A stretch of DNA of 64,000 bases from Gemmatimonadota bacterium (lineage in GTDB: Bacteria; Gemmatimonadota; Gemmatimonadetes; Palauibacterales; Palauibacteraceae): contig JBDGYE010000009.1 of assembly GCA_039584255.1 (NCBI GenBank), positions 2,279 to 66,278 of the forward strand, written 5' to 3'. The position numbers and the translations under genes were made by a program. Positions 18,958 through 27,692 of this stretch are shown piece after piece. The notes beneath the pieces were generated by a model. It had not been told where the DNA came from. It searched no databases and was given only the letters and a program-made list of their open reading frames with translations. Position 1 is the first letter of the stretch. Each line of letters starts with the position of its first letter.

Positions 18958-19626
18958 ATGTTCCGCAAGATCAAGGAGGCCCTGGACGCAGCCCTTTCCG
19001 CGCTGGAATCCCGCTCCGGAAGTCCGGCCGAGGATCTCGACCAGATGCTCGCCGCCATGCGGGAGGAGTTGATCGAGACGAAGGCACGTCTGCCGGAGCT
19101 GGAGAAGCAGATCCAGACTCTCCAGGCTGGACGCGCGCGGACGCTCGAAAAGGCGGAGGAAACCTCGCGCAGAGCGAAGCAGGCCCTGGCCATAGACGAC
19201 CCGGAAACAGTCGAAGTCGCCCTCCGCTTCGAGGCCCGCTACCGTACCGAGGTCGAGGTCTACGAGCAGAAGATAGAGGCCGCGCAGGCGGAGCTCGTGC
19301 TCCAGCACCAGACCGTGGCGGACATGACGGCCCAGCTCAAGGCAGCCCTGGCGCGCAAGGACTCGATCGGGATTCAGGCGCGACGGGCCGGCTCGACCGA
19401 GCGGCTGCGGGGCTCCGAGTACTCGAGCGTTGACGACTTCGACAGGCTGGCCGATGAGATCGAGCGCCAGGAAGAGGTGGGCACGGTCGAGCGCGACATG
19501 GATCTGGAGCTGGAGGGGCTGGGAGATGCCACGGGAAGGGATCGAACCGTCGACCCTGAGGAACTGGCCGAGTTCCAGCTACGCGAGCTGAAGAGACGGA
19601 TGAACCGGGAGGGCGACGGCTCCTAG
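18958..19626 (+). CDS. PspA/IM30 family protein
   Basis: 222-aa coiled-coil protein starting [17 protein letters not shown], with heptad-rich Glu/Ala/Arg composition typical of PspA/Vipp1. Confidence 0.75.
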   Translation: MFRKIKEALDAALSALESRSGSPAEDLDQMLAAMREELIETKARLPELEKQIQTLQAGRARTLEKAEETSRRAKQALAIDDPETVEVALRFEARYRTEVEVYEQKIEAAQAELVLQHQTVADMTAQLKAALARKDSIGIQARRAGSTERLRGSEYSSVDDFDRLADEIERQEEVGTVERDMDLELEGLGDATGRDRTVDPEELAEFQLRELKRRMNREGDGS

Positions 19627-20645
19627 GCGCTGGCGGCCTTGGTGAGCCGGTCGATCTGCTCGCCGCTTCCGAGCACGATGAGGATATCGCCCGGCCGAAT
19701 CTCCTGGTCCGGACCCGGGTTGTATGCCCAGGGTCCTTCTCTCCCCTCTTCATCCTGGTGGCGAGCCGCGATCACGATCAGCCCCGTCTTCTCGGGGATC
19801 CGGGCCTCCGCCAGGGTGAGTCCGGCCATCGAGGATCGCGACGGGACGCCAACCTGCTCCAGTCGCAGCTCCAGCCCCTCTCCCTGTGTGGCCACGTCGA
19901 GGAACGACACAACCTGCGGACGGAGGAGAGTCGCTGCCATCCGCCTGCCGCCCGTCAGGTTGGGGCTCACGACGTGGTCGGCACCGGCCACGTAAAGTTT
20001 CTGCATCGTCTGCTCGTCGTACGCCCGAGCCACGATCGTGAGGTTGGGCTGGAGATCCCGTGCGCTCAGACAGACGAAGAGATTGTCGGTATCGCTGCTC
20101 AGGCAGGCCACGAGCCCCCGGGCGGCTCCTATTCGTGCCTCCACCAGGGATTCATCCTTCGTTGCGTCTGCCTCGAGCACGAGAACCTCCGGGTAGGCTT
20201 CACGGAGGGCCTCGGCTCGGTCCGGGTCCCGCTCGATCACCAAGTACGGCTCGCCAGCGGCCGCCAGCTCGCGGATTACCTGCTCGCCGGTTCGGCCAGC
20301 TCCGCAGACGACGAAGTGCTCTCGAAGGTCGCCGATCTTCTTCATAGTTCGTCGGGTCCTGAAGACGTGGTCCAGGTCCATCTCCACGATCGCGGACGTG
20401 AGCAGCGCGAACCACAGTCCCATCGCCGTGATGCCTCCGGCGAGCAGGAACGTGGCGAGCGCGCGTCCCCCGTCCGTGAGGTCCTGGACCTCTTCGTATC
20501 CGACCGCGGAGACCGTGATGACCGTCATGTACAGCGCGTCCGAGAAGCTCCAGGCAGGGAACTGGAGGAACCCCAGTGTGCCGATGGCGATCAGCGCGGC
20601 GGTGAAGGCGAGCAGCCACTGGAAGCGGCGGAAGAAGACGCTCAC
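19623..20645 (-). CDS. two-TM potassium-channel-like protein with RCK (TrkA-N/TrkA-C) domains
   Basis: TM1, pore helix, filter and TM2 (TVITVSAVGYEE), then the Rossmann motif VVCGAGRTGEQV and a C-terminal TrkA-C-like domain. The filter reads GYE, not GYG. Confidence 0.75.
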   Translation of the reverse strand: MSVFFRRFQWLLAFTAALIAIGTLGFLQFPAWSFSDALYMTVITVSAVGYEEVQDLTDGGRALATFLLAGGITAMGLWFALLTSAIVEMDLDHVFRTRRTMKKIGDLREHFVVCGAGRTGEQVIRELAAAGEPYLVIERDPDRAEALREAYPEVLVLEADATKDESLVEARIGAARGLVACLSSDTDNLFVCLSARDLQPNLTIVARAYDEQTMQKLYVAGADHVVSPNLTGGRRMAATLLRPQVVSFLDVATQGEGLELRLEQVGVPSRSSMAGLTLAEARIPEKTGLIVIAARHQDEEGREGPWAYNPGPDQEIRPGDILIVLGSGEQIDRLTKAASA

Positions 20646-20783
20646 GTGTGGCTGCCGTGCGAAAGTGTCCGCATCATGCCGGGAATATAGGGGCGGCCCT
20701 ACAGGCCAGTAAGAGCGCCCGGCAGCCCGCGAGTCTTGCCGGCCGCCATCGTCGGCGGGAAGTTGGGGGCGCAGGAGGACCCG

Positions 20784-21068
20784 ATGAATCGCACCGAGAT
20801 CGTGGCAGCGTTGGCACTGCGGTCCGGACTCTCGAAGGCCGACGCCCGCAGAGCCGTCGATGGACTGTTCGATCCTGGAGACGGCGTGATCGTGCGCGCG
20901 TTGCGGAGGAACCGAAAGGTACGGATCACCGGCTTCGGCACTTTCGAGCCCCGCCGGCGCCCCGCCCGCATCGGCCGGAACCCTCGTACCGGCGAGCAGA
21001 TACGCGTCGCTTCGAGCACCTCGGTTGGCTTCCGTCCCGGCAGGCCTCTCAGGGAGGGTCTGGCCTGA
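20784..21068 (+). CDS. HU-family DNA-binding protein
   Basis: MNRTEIVAAL...ITGFGTFEPRRRPARIGRNPRTGEQI is the HU/IHF arm motif. ATG 20784 is preceded by AGGAGG. Confidence 0.9.
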   Translation: MNRTEIVAALALRSGLSKADARRAVDGLFDPGDGVIVRALRRNRKVRITGFGTFEPRRRPARIGRNPRTGEQIRVASSTSVGFRPGRPLREGLA

Positions 21069-22640
21069 TCAGGCCTCCCGGTCCAGGTGGACGGCCACAG
21101 GACGGCCGCGGATCGTCGTCCCGCGGAGCCTGCGGACGACCTCGTCGACCACCTGAGAGTCGATCTCCACCAGAGAGAAGCCGTTACGGATCTCGATCTT
21201 GCCAACATGGGCGCCGGCCACACCCGCCTCACCCGTGATCGCGCCTACCAGGTCCGCCGGCCGCACGTCGTCACGCCGTCCGGCTCCGATGAAGACGCGC
21301 GACCACGCCGGCCGAGCTCCGCGGTGCTCGCCGGCTCGCCCCGCAACGGCCCGCGTGAGCGACTCGGCCTCGACGTCGGGCCACGGGGTCACGAGCTCCG
21401 GCGCCTGCTCGCGGCGCAGCAGAGATGAGACCGCCGCGGCCACCTTGGCGGCGCCGAACTCCCGCAGAAGCGGCTCCAGTACGAGCAGCTCGGCGTCCGT
21501 GTCTCCCCGCTGCACGCGCGTCCGCACGCGGCTCCTGTAGTCGGCCACAGGGTCGCGCCCGCCCGGGACCGGGAGACCGGGCATCGGGCGCAGGGTCCAC
21601 CCGGCCCGCCGGCTCAGCAGTTCCAACTGGACGGCGTGGGCCGTATCGACGATCGCGAACCGGCTCCCGGCGCCCGCCAGCGAGTCTTCCAGCGCCACGA
21701 GCGAGAGAGGAAGCCCGAACAGGACGGCTGTCGGGGAACCGGCGTACGGATCCGAACCGCCCGTGGTCGCATCCGCCTCTTCTTCCTGCGGCGTGCCGAC
21801 TCCCACCGAGCGCCCCCTCAGCGCGACCGCGGGAAGCCCCACCGCGTCCAGGACCGACGCTACCTCCGCCGCGGTGCCCTCGTCCAGGCATTCCACGCGG
21901 ACGGCGCCCCTGTCCAGAGCACGCCGGACACACGTTTCGAGCAGAGACAGCATTCCATCGGAGCTGGCCGCGGACCCGAAGGTCAACGGCGGAGCCTCGC
22001 GTAGCTCCTCCTCTGCGCTCCCGGCGCCGGGACTCTTGAACAGCTCTTCGGGCCACCGGCGGGCGCGGGGCAACTGGCGCTGGAGAAGGCCCTCGAAACG
22101 GGCCTCGGCGGCCCTGCTCACCGCGATCTTACGGACGTCGGCCCCCAGCGCGTCCAGAAGCGGCTCGACGGATGGCCACTCGTCGAGGGCGTCGAGGTCG
22201 GCGACCCCGTCCAGAATCAGCAGCCGCACGTCGCCCAGGTGAACGCGGCCAGCTCGGATCTCCGGCAGGAGAAGGGAGGGACGCGCGACGATGCACCCGA
22301 CCGGCGCGACACCTGAGAGGTCCATCTCACCGTCGTCCGTAACCGGAGGCGCGAGCACCCTGAGCCCGCCCGTCTCCAGGGAGCGGCCGACGGCCCCTGC
22401 CGTGCGAACGGCCTCTTCCCGGGTCGGCACGAGGACGATCGCCTGAACGGCTTCCGATTCCGGGTCGCAGGCCCCATCCACCGCCAGAGCGAACAGAGCC
22501 TCCTTGCCGGACCCTCCCCCTGCGAGCACGGCCAGGTGATGGCCTCTGCGCACCGCGGTCTCCATGGCCGCGACCAGCTCGGGGACCGGCTGGTCCGTCT
22601 GACGGAAGTCCATCCGGGTTGTATGCTCTTCGTTAGCCAT
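21069..22640 (-). CDS. DEAD-box-helicase-like protein with C-terminal DbpA-type RNA-binding domain; catalytic motifs degenerate
   Basis: Fold-level motif order is kept, but key residues are changed:
- motif I reads GGGSGKE
- motif Ia reads PTREEA
- motif II reads ILDGVADL instead of DEAD
- no SAT or HRxGRxGR motif is present
The C-terminus (VFIGAGRRDDVRPADLVGAITGEAGV...IGKIEIRNGFSLVEI) matches the DbpA RBD. Confidence 0.6.
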   Translation of the reverse strand: MANEEHTTRMDFRQTDQPVPELVAAMETAVRRGHHLAVLAGGGSGKEALFALAVDGACDPESEAVQAIVLVPTREEAVRTAGAVGRSLETGGLRVLAPPVTDDGEMDLSGVAPVGCIVARPSLLLPEIRAGRVHLGDVRLLILDGVADLDALDEWPSVEPLLDALGADVRKIAVSRAAEARFEGLLQRQLPRARRWPEELFKSPGAGSAEEELREAPPLTFGSAASSDGMLSLLETCVRRALDRGAVRVECLDEGTAAEVASVLDAVGLPAVALRGRSVGVGTPQEEEADATTGGSDPYAGSPTAVLFGLPLSLVALEDSLAGAGSRFAIVDTAHAVQLELLSRRAGWTLRPMPGLPVPGGRDPVADYRSRVRTRVQRGDTDAELLVLEPLLREFGAAKVAAAVSSLLRREQAPELVTPWPDVEAESLTRAVAGRAGEHRGARPAWSRVFIGAGRRDDVRPADLVGAITGEAGVAGAHVGKIEIRNGFSLVEIDSQVVDEVVRRLRGTTIRGRPVAVHLDREA

Positions 22641-22763
22641 ATACCGCCTTCGCGCGTGGCGTCTCCTGCAAGGCTGGCCAGGGTACTCGACGGATTGACG
22701 ATGCCCGCCCGCCGGGCCTAACCTGTGCGACGCTCCAGTCCTTCCGCCACGGATCGAGGTAAG

Positions 22764-24218
22764 ATGACCGCGACCTCTCCGAGCCTGGCCGTCCAGGTGG
22801 CTGCCGACGGCGAGCTCCTGCAGCGCATCACTGGGGTCCGTGACGCCGTCTGGGGGGTCCCTCTCATCGTCCTGCTGGTCGGGACTGGCGTATATCTAAC
22901 CCTCCTGCTTCGCGGCCTGCAATTCCGCCGCCTCGGTCACGCGCTCTACCTCGCTCTCGTCAAGCGCCGCGAGGAGGGCGGGGATGGAGACATATCCCAC
23001 TTCCAGGCGTTGATGACGGCGCTCGCCGCGACCGTGGGGACGGGCAACATCGTCGGCGTGGCGACCGCGATCACCGCCGGTGGCCCGGGGGCGCTCTTCT
23101 GGATGTGGGTCACCGGACTAGTGGGAATGGCCACCAAGTACTCCGAGGCCGTCCTGGGCGTACGGTTCAGGGAGACCGACGCCCGCGGAGAGAAGAGCGG
23201 CGGTCCGATGTACTATCTGGAGAACGGGATCCGGTGGGGCAGGCTGGGAAAGGTACTGGCTACCTCCTTCGCCCTTTTCGCCGCCGTTGCCGCCTTCGGA
23301 ATCGGCAACGGCGTACAGTCCCACTCCGTTGCGGAAGCCGTCAGCAACGCGGCCGGTGTCCCCAGGGCGTGGGTGGGCATGACCACGGCCGTGCTCGCCG
23401 CCACCGTTATTCTGGGCGGCATCCGGTCCATCGGCCGATTCACGGGTGTCTTCGTGCCGCTGATGATCCTGCTCTACATGGGCGCCGCGGGCCTGATCAT
23501 TCTCCGCAATCTGAGCGGGGTCCCCGAGGCTTTCCGCCTGGTGTTCGCGGGAGCGTTCAGCGGCCAGGCGGCAGCCGGCGGCGCCGTGGGCTATACGATC
23601 GGCCAAGCGATTCGAAATGGAGTCGCCCGAGGTGTGTTCTCCAACGAATCGGGGTTGGGAACGGGAGCCATAGCCGCCGCCGCGGCCCAGACCCGAGAGC
23701 CCGTTCGCCAGGCGCTCATCTCGATGACCCAGACGTTCATCGACACGATCGTCGTGTGCACGTTCACCGGAATCGCGATTCTGAGCACGGGGGCCTGGCG
23801 GAGCGGACTCGACGGCGCGGAGCTGACGCAAAGAGCCTTCAGCACGGGCCTCCCCGGCGACTGGGGCCAATGGGTCGTCGTCGCCTGCCTCAGCTTTTTC
23901 GCCTTCAGCACCATTCTCGGCTGGTCGTACTACGGCGAGCGCAACCTGGAGTACCTGGTGGGAGTAGGGGCCGTCTTTCCGTACCGCCTGGCGTTCGTCA
24001 CCGTTACCGCCGTCGCCGCCGTCGTGGAGCTGGACGTGGTGTGGAAGGTCTCCGACATCATGAACGGCCTGATGGCCCTCCCGAACCTGGTAGGCCTGCT
24101 ACTGCTTTCCGGGCTGGTTCTCAGGGAGACGCGGTCGTATTTGGGCCGCTTCGGCCCCGGGCCACCTGCGCGTCACGAGGGAGTCGGTGGGCATTACGGG
24201 AAGATCGGGTCGGAATAG
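22764..24218 (+). CDS. alanine/glycine:cation symporter (AGCS) family transporter
   Basis: [36 protein letters not shown] and GGPMYY motifs in a polytopic protein. ATG 22764 follows GAGG. The longest ORF starts at GTG 22725. Confidence 0.85.
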   Translation: MTATSPSLAVQVAADGELLQRITGVRDAVWGVPLIVLLVGTGVYLTLLLRGLQFRRLGHALYLALVKRREEGGDGDISHFQALMTALAATVGTGNIVGVATAITAGGPGALFWMWVTGLVGMATKYSEAVLGVRFRETDARGEKSGGPMYYLENGIRWGRLGKVLATSFALFAAVAAFGIGNGVQSHSVAEAVSNAAGVPRAWVGMTTAVLAATVILGGIRSIGRFTGVFVPLMILLYMGAAGLIILRNLSGVPEAFRLVFAGAFSGQAAAGGAVGYTIGQAIRNGVARGVFSNESGLGTGAIAAAAAQTREPVRQALISMTQTFIDTIVVCTFTGIAILSTGAWRSGLDGAELTQRAFSTGLPGDWGQWVVVACLSFFAFSTILGWSYYGERNLEYLVGVGAVFPYRLAFVTVTAVAAVVELDVVWKVSDIMNGLMALPNLVGLLLLSGLVLRETRSYLGRFGPGPPARHEGVGGHYGKIGSE

Positions 24219-24272
24219 CGGGAGCCGATGGCCGGGTTCGCGCCCCAGGGCGGCCTGCCGCCACCACCAATG

Positions 24273-24596
24273 CTAACCGGAAAAGCGGCGGTAATGTCCC
24301 AGGTCGTACGCGCGGATCGCAAGGATCTCGCGCGGGCGGAAACCGAGATCCGCCAGGGTGACGGACTCGTCCGGAACCTGCTTCTCTGCGTATTCCACGT
24401 AGTAGTCGTCGGGGTCATCCCCGCTCCGCAGCAGCATCGCCGTCAGGCCGAGGGCCTTGGCCTCCGATACCGGTGTCGCCGCCGGGAGCTCCGCCACGTG
24501 CTCCAGCCAGCGGTCGGGCATGACCAGCCGGACCAGTACGGTCTCCGTGGATCCCGCTCCACCCTGCGTATCCTGTTCCATCGAGGTCTCCCTCAT
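24273..24596 (-). CDS. hypothetical small protein (107 aa)
   Basis: ORF translationally coupled (ATGA) to the upstream 86-aa ORF, with plausible composition. I recognise no family. Confidence 0.4.
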   Translation of the reverse strand: MRETSMEQDTQGGAGSTETVLVRLVMPDRWLEHVAELPAATPVSEAKALGLTAMLLRSGDDPDDYYVEYAEKQVPDESVTLADLGFRPREILAIRAYDLGHYRRFSG

Positions 24597-24853
24597 ACGT
24601 GCCCCAGCGTGTACAGGAACCGCTTCGTGATGTCAGTTACGTCCAGCCCGGCGACGCGGTCCGTCTCGGCGCGAACGTTCGTGTGCCCGTGTTCGCGATC
24701 CACCCGGATGCTGGCCGTACCGATCTCGCCTGTGAAGCGGATGGCCTCCCGGGATTCCTCGGCGACCTGGAGGTGGGTGTTCGCGGCGAAGAAGGCTCTG
24801 GCCCGCTCGAGCACCTCCTCGGGTGGAACGTCTGTCATAACGAGGTAGCGCAT
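24593..24853 (-). CDS. hypothetical small protein (86 aa)
   Basis: First gene of a two-gene minus-strand pair, with plausible composition (MRYLVMTDVPPEEVLERARAFF...). I recognise no family. Confidence 0.4.
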   Translation of the reverse strand: MRYLVMTDVPPEEVLERARAFFAANTHLQVAEESREAIRFTGEIGTASIRVDREHGHTNVRAETDRVAGLDVTDITKRFLYTLGHV

Positions 24854-25011
24854 TCGGATATGATCTTCGCAACGGTTCCGGGAAAGCGCCCCGGGACGTG
24901 CCGGGTCCGGCTGGGCGCCGGAAGTTCCGATACGGCCGACGGAGCGTCAAATTCGGATATGGCGCAGGTGGCGTCAACCGCGCCCTCGGAATCCGGAATC
25001 GGAGCGCGCTA

Positions 25012-26439
25012 ATGAGACTCACAGCTCGCCGAGGACTTGTCATCGCCTCTGTCCTCGTCCTCGCCGCGGCGGTGGCGGGAGCGGTCCGAGCCGTCGACTT
25101 CTTCACGGGCTGGTTCTATCAGCTAGCCTGGTTTCCGTTGCTGGTAGCGTGCGACTCGGCGCTCAGCCTGCGCACGGGGAAGTCGGCTCTACTCGATCGT
25201 CCGGCCTTCGCGATCTCGCTCTTCCTGTGGTCGGCGCCCGCATGGTTCCTTTTCGAGGCGGCCAACCTGCGGCTCGCGAACTGGTACTACGTATTCGTCC
25301 CCGTATCGAGAGCGGCCCGTTGGGGGGGGACCGTGGTCGCGTTCAGCACCGTGTTGCCAGCCCTCTGCCTGGCATACCGTTGGGGATCCGCCCTTGGCAT
25401 AGCATCCGGATTCCGCGGGCGGGGCTTCTCGGTCAGATCAGTTCACCTGCATCTGCTGCGAGGCTTCGGAGCCGCTTTCCTGATCCTGAGCCTGTGGCGA
25501 CCCGAGACCTTCTTTCCCCTCATCTGGGGATCAGTAACGTTGCTGCTGGAGCCACTCAATTACCGGAGAGATCCCGCACGTTCGCTCTTCGGCGACATCT
25601 CACGGGGCCAGTGGATGCGCTTGGTTCGGCTCATGGTGGGAGGCGCGGTCGTGGGGCTGGTGTGGGAACTTCTGAACTCGATGGCCGGCGCGCGGTGGAT
25701 CTACACTGTTCCGGGGCTGGAGCACTGGAAGGCGTTCGAGATGCCCCTGCCTGGGTTCCTCGGCTTTCCGGTGTTCGCACTGGACGCCTTCGTCATCTAT
25801 CAAAGTCTGGTACTGGCCGGGGTCGCTGCCCCCGGCTGGCACTCCGACACACGGGTGGCGACGGGCCCGCCTCGGCGGCACCGCGCAGCCCTGGCCGCGC
25901 TGCTGGCCGCCGGGTTCAGCATCGCCGTCATGGCCGGAATCGACCATTGGACGGTGGACTCTGTCCGGCCGCGCCTCGAGACGCTGCCGGGTGTGGACGC
26001 AGATCTGGCCTCCCGACTCGAGTCGGGTCGAATTCACTCCGTCAGATCACTCGCGGAGTCGGATACTCGTGACCTGAAGGACCGAACCGGGCTGGAGCCC
26101 CGAGCGACGGGCGACCTCATCGCCGCGGCCCGAATGACTCTCCTGCGTGGCCTCGGTTCGGAGCACACGGCGGCCCTCTGGCGCGCCGGGATCGTCTCCG
26201 CCTGCGACCTCGCGGCTACCGACGCCGGGGTCATCGCCGAGGCCGTTCGGCGGGCAGACCCTAGACCCTACGTTGGAAAGCCGGCCAGGGTACGCGTCTG
26301 GCGGCGGGCGGCACTCGCCGAGTGCGGCGAAGCGACCGAGGTGACCTTGCTCGCGGGAAGGGCCGAACGGATCTTGCCGGCGAGCGGCAGCCCGTGTGGG
26401 GCCGCTCCTTCGAGCACGAGCTACCTGCACGAAAGGTGA
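25012..26439 (+). CDS. polytopic membrane protein with C-terminal helix-hairpin-helix-like (DUF4332-like) region
   Basis: From ATG 25012 there are about 8 hydrophobic helices. A soluble tail follows with repeated motifs of the type SLAESDTRDLKDRTGL / RGLGSEHTAALWRAGIVSACDLA. The family assignment is tentative. Confidence 0.5.
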   Translation: MRLTARRGLVIASVLVLAAAVAGAVRAVDFFTGWFYQLAWFPLLVACDSALSLRTGKSALLDRPAFAISLFLWSAPAWFLFEAANLRLANWYYVFVPVSRAARWGGTVVAFSTVLPALCLAYRWGSALGIASGFRGRGFSVRSVHLHLLRGFGAAFLILSLWRPETFFPLIWGSVTLLLEPLNYRRDPARSLFGDISRGQWMRLVRLMVGGAVVGLVWELLNSMAGARWIYTVPGLEHWKAFEMPLPGFLGFPVFALDAFVIYQSLVLAGVAAPGWHSDTRVATGPPRRHRAALAALLAAGFSIAVMAGIDHWTVDSVRPRLETLPGVDADLASRLESGRIHSVRSLAESDTRDLKDRTGLEPRATGDLIAAARMTLLRGLGSEHTAALWRAGIVSACDLAATDAGVIAEAVRRADPRPYVGKPARVRVWRRAALAECGEATEVTLLAGRAERILPASGSPCGAAPSSTSYLHER

Positions 26440-26441
26440 CG

Positions 26442-27689
26442 ATGCGCCGATCTTCAACCGCCGGGCCCGGGATGCCCCCCGAGCTGTCGTCTGAGACCGG
26501 CAAGACGGGCGCCCCCCACGGGTCCTTCCGCGAAGACGAGCAACCTCCGCCTGCACCCGCCTCGCAGGGTGCTTCGTTCGGACGCTTCTTCCTCCCCGGT
26601 CCGACGGAGGTCCGTCCCGAGGTTCTGCGCGCCATGGTGCGGCCCATCATCGGGCACCGGGGCGACGAGGCCAAGAGGCTGCTGGCAGGCCTGCAGCCGA
26701 TGCTGCGCCAGATCCTCCAGACCTGTCGTCCCGTCTATATATCGACTTCTTCGGCGACGGGATTCATGGAGGCCTCGGTGGTCAACCTGAGCCGCCGGCG
26801 GATCCTGTGCCTGGTGAACGGAGCCTTCGGCGAGCGTTTCGTGAAGATCGCCCGGCGGTGCGGCCGTGAGGCCGACGCGCTTCGGGTGCGCTGGGGAGAG
26901 CCCAACACCCCGGAGCAGCTTAGGACCGCTCTGAAGCAAAGCCCGGAGACCTACGACCTCGTGACCGTCGTCCATTCTGAGACCTCCACCGGAGTACTGA
27001 ACCCCGTGCGAGACTTGGCCGCCGTGGCACGGGAGTTCGAGGAGGTTCTCCTGGCCGTCGACGGAGTCACATCCGTCGGCGGGGTTCCCGTCGCCTTCGA
27101 TGAGTGGGGACTCGACTTCCTGCTGACAGGATCGCAGAAGGCGATTGCCCTGCCGCCGGGCCTGGCCTTCGCCGCGGCGTCGGAAAGGGCGATCGCGAGG
27201 GTCGCCGAGGTGCCCGCCCGGAGCTTCTACTTCGATCTTCGGGAGTTCGAGCAGAGGGCGGTGGAGCACCAGACCACGAACACGCCGGCCGTGTCGCTTC
27301 TGTATGCCCTCGAGTACCAGCTCGAGGCCATTCGCGCCGAAGGCCTGCAAGCTCGCTGGGACAGACACGTCCGCATGGCGGAACGAACCTGGGAATGGGT
27401 GAACGAGACGGCGGCCGCATTGGGAGCTCCGTTCGGCGTCCTGGCGCCGGCGGGCTTCCGGTCACCGACCGTGACGACGGTATCGCTCCCCGATGGGCTT
27501 TCGGGCACCGCGATAGCCGCAGCCATGGCTCAGCGAGGCTATACCATCGCACCGGGCTACGGAGAGCTCAAAGAGACGACGATCCGCGTCGGTCACATGG
27601 GAGACCACACACTCTCCGAGCTGGATGGGCTCCTGACGGCGCTGACCGACGCGCTGGCCAGTATGGTGGCGAGCCGTCGGGAGGACTGA
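26442..27689 (+). CDS. class V aminotransferase (serine-glyoxylate / phosphoserine aminotransferase-like)
   Basis: FLPGPTEVRPEVLRAM N-terminal motif, HSETSTGV, and the PLP-lysine region GSQKAIALPPGLAF. ATG 26442 lies 2 nt after the upstream stop. It sits immediately upstream of serA. Confidence 0.8.
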   Translation: MRRSSTAGPGMPPELSSETGKTGAPHGSFREDEQPPPAPASQGASFGRFFLPGPTEVRPEVLRAMVRPIIGHRGDEAKRLLAGLQPMLRQILQTCRPVYISTSSATGFMEASVVNLSRRRILCLVNGAFGERFVKIARRCGREADALRVRWGEPNTPEQLRTALKQSPETYDLVTVVHSETSTGVLNPVRDLAAVAREFEEVLLAVDGVTSVGGVPVAFDEWGLDFLLTGSQKAIALPPGLAFAAASERAIARVAEVPARSFYFDLREFEQRAVEHQTTNTPAVSLLYALEYQLEAIRAEGLQARWDRHVRMAERTWEWVNETAAALGAPFGVLAPAGFRSPTVTTVSLPDGLSGTAIAAAMAQRGYTIAPGYGELKETTIRVGHMGDHTLSELDGLLTALTDALASMVASRRED

Positions 27690-27692
27690 AGG

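Noticed and set aside
23105-24361. 418-aa alternate-frame ORF within the AGCS transporter gene. Similar alternate-frame ORFs are 25149..26072, 55392..56678 and 51392..52240.
   Set aside because: All are Arg/Gly/Pro-rich translations in frames overlapping membrane-protein genes whose hydrophobic helices are obvious in the chosen frame.
24273-24853. Possible toxin-antitoxin pair (two small coupled ORFs)
   Set aside because: The size and coupling fit, but I could not recognise any toxin fold (PIN, RelE, MazF, HipA, Fic) or antitoxin DNA-binding motif. It is kept only as hypothetical proteins.
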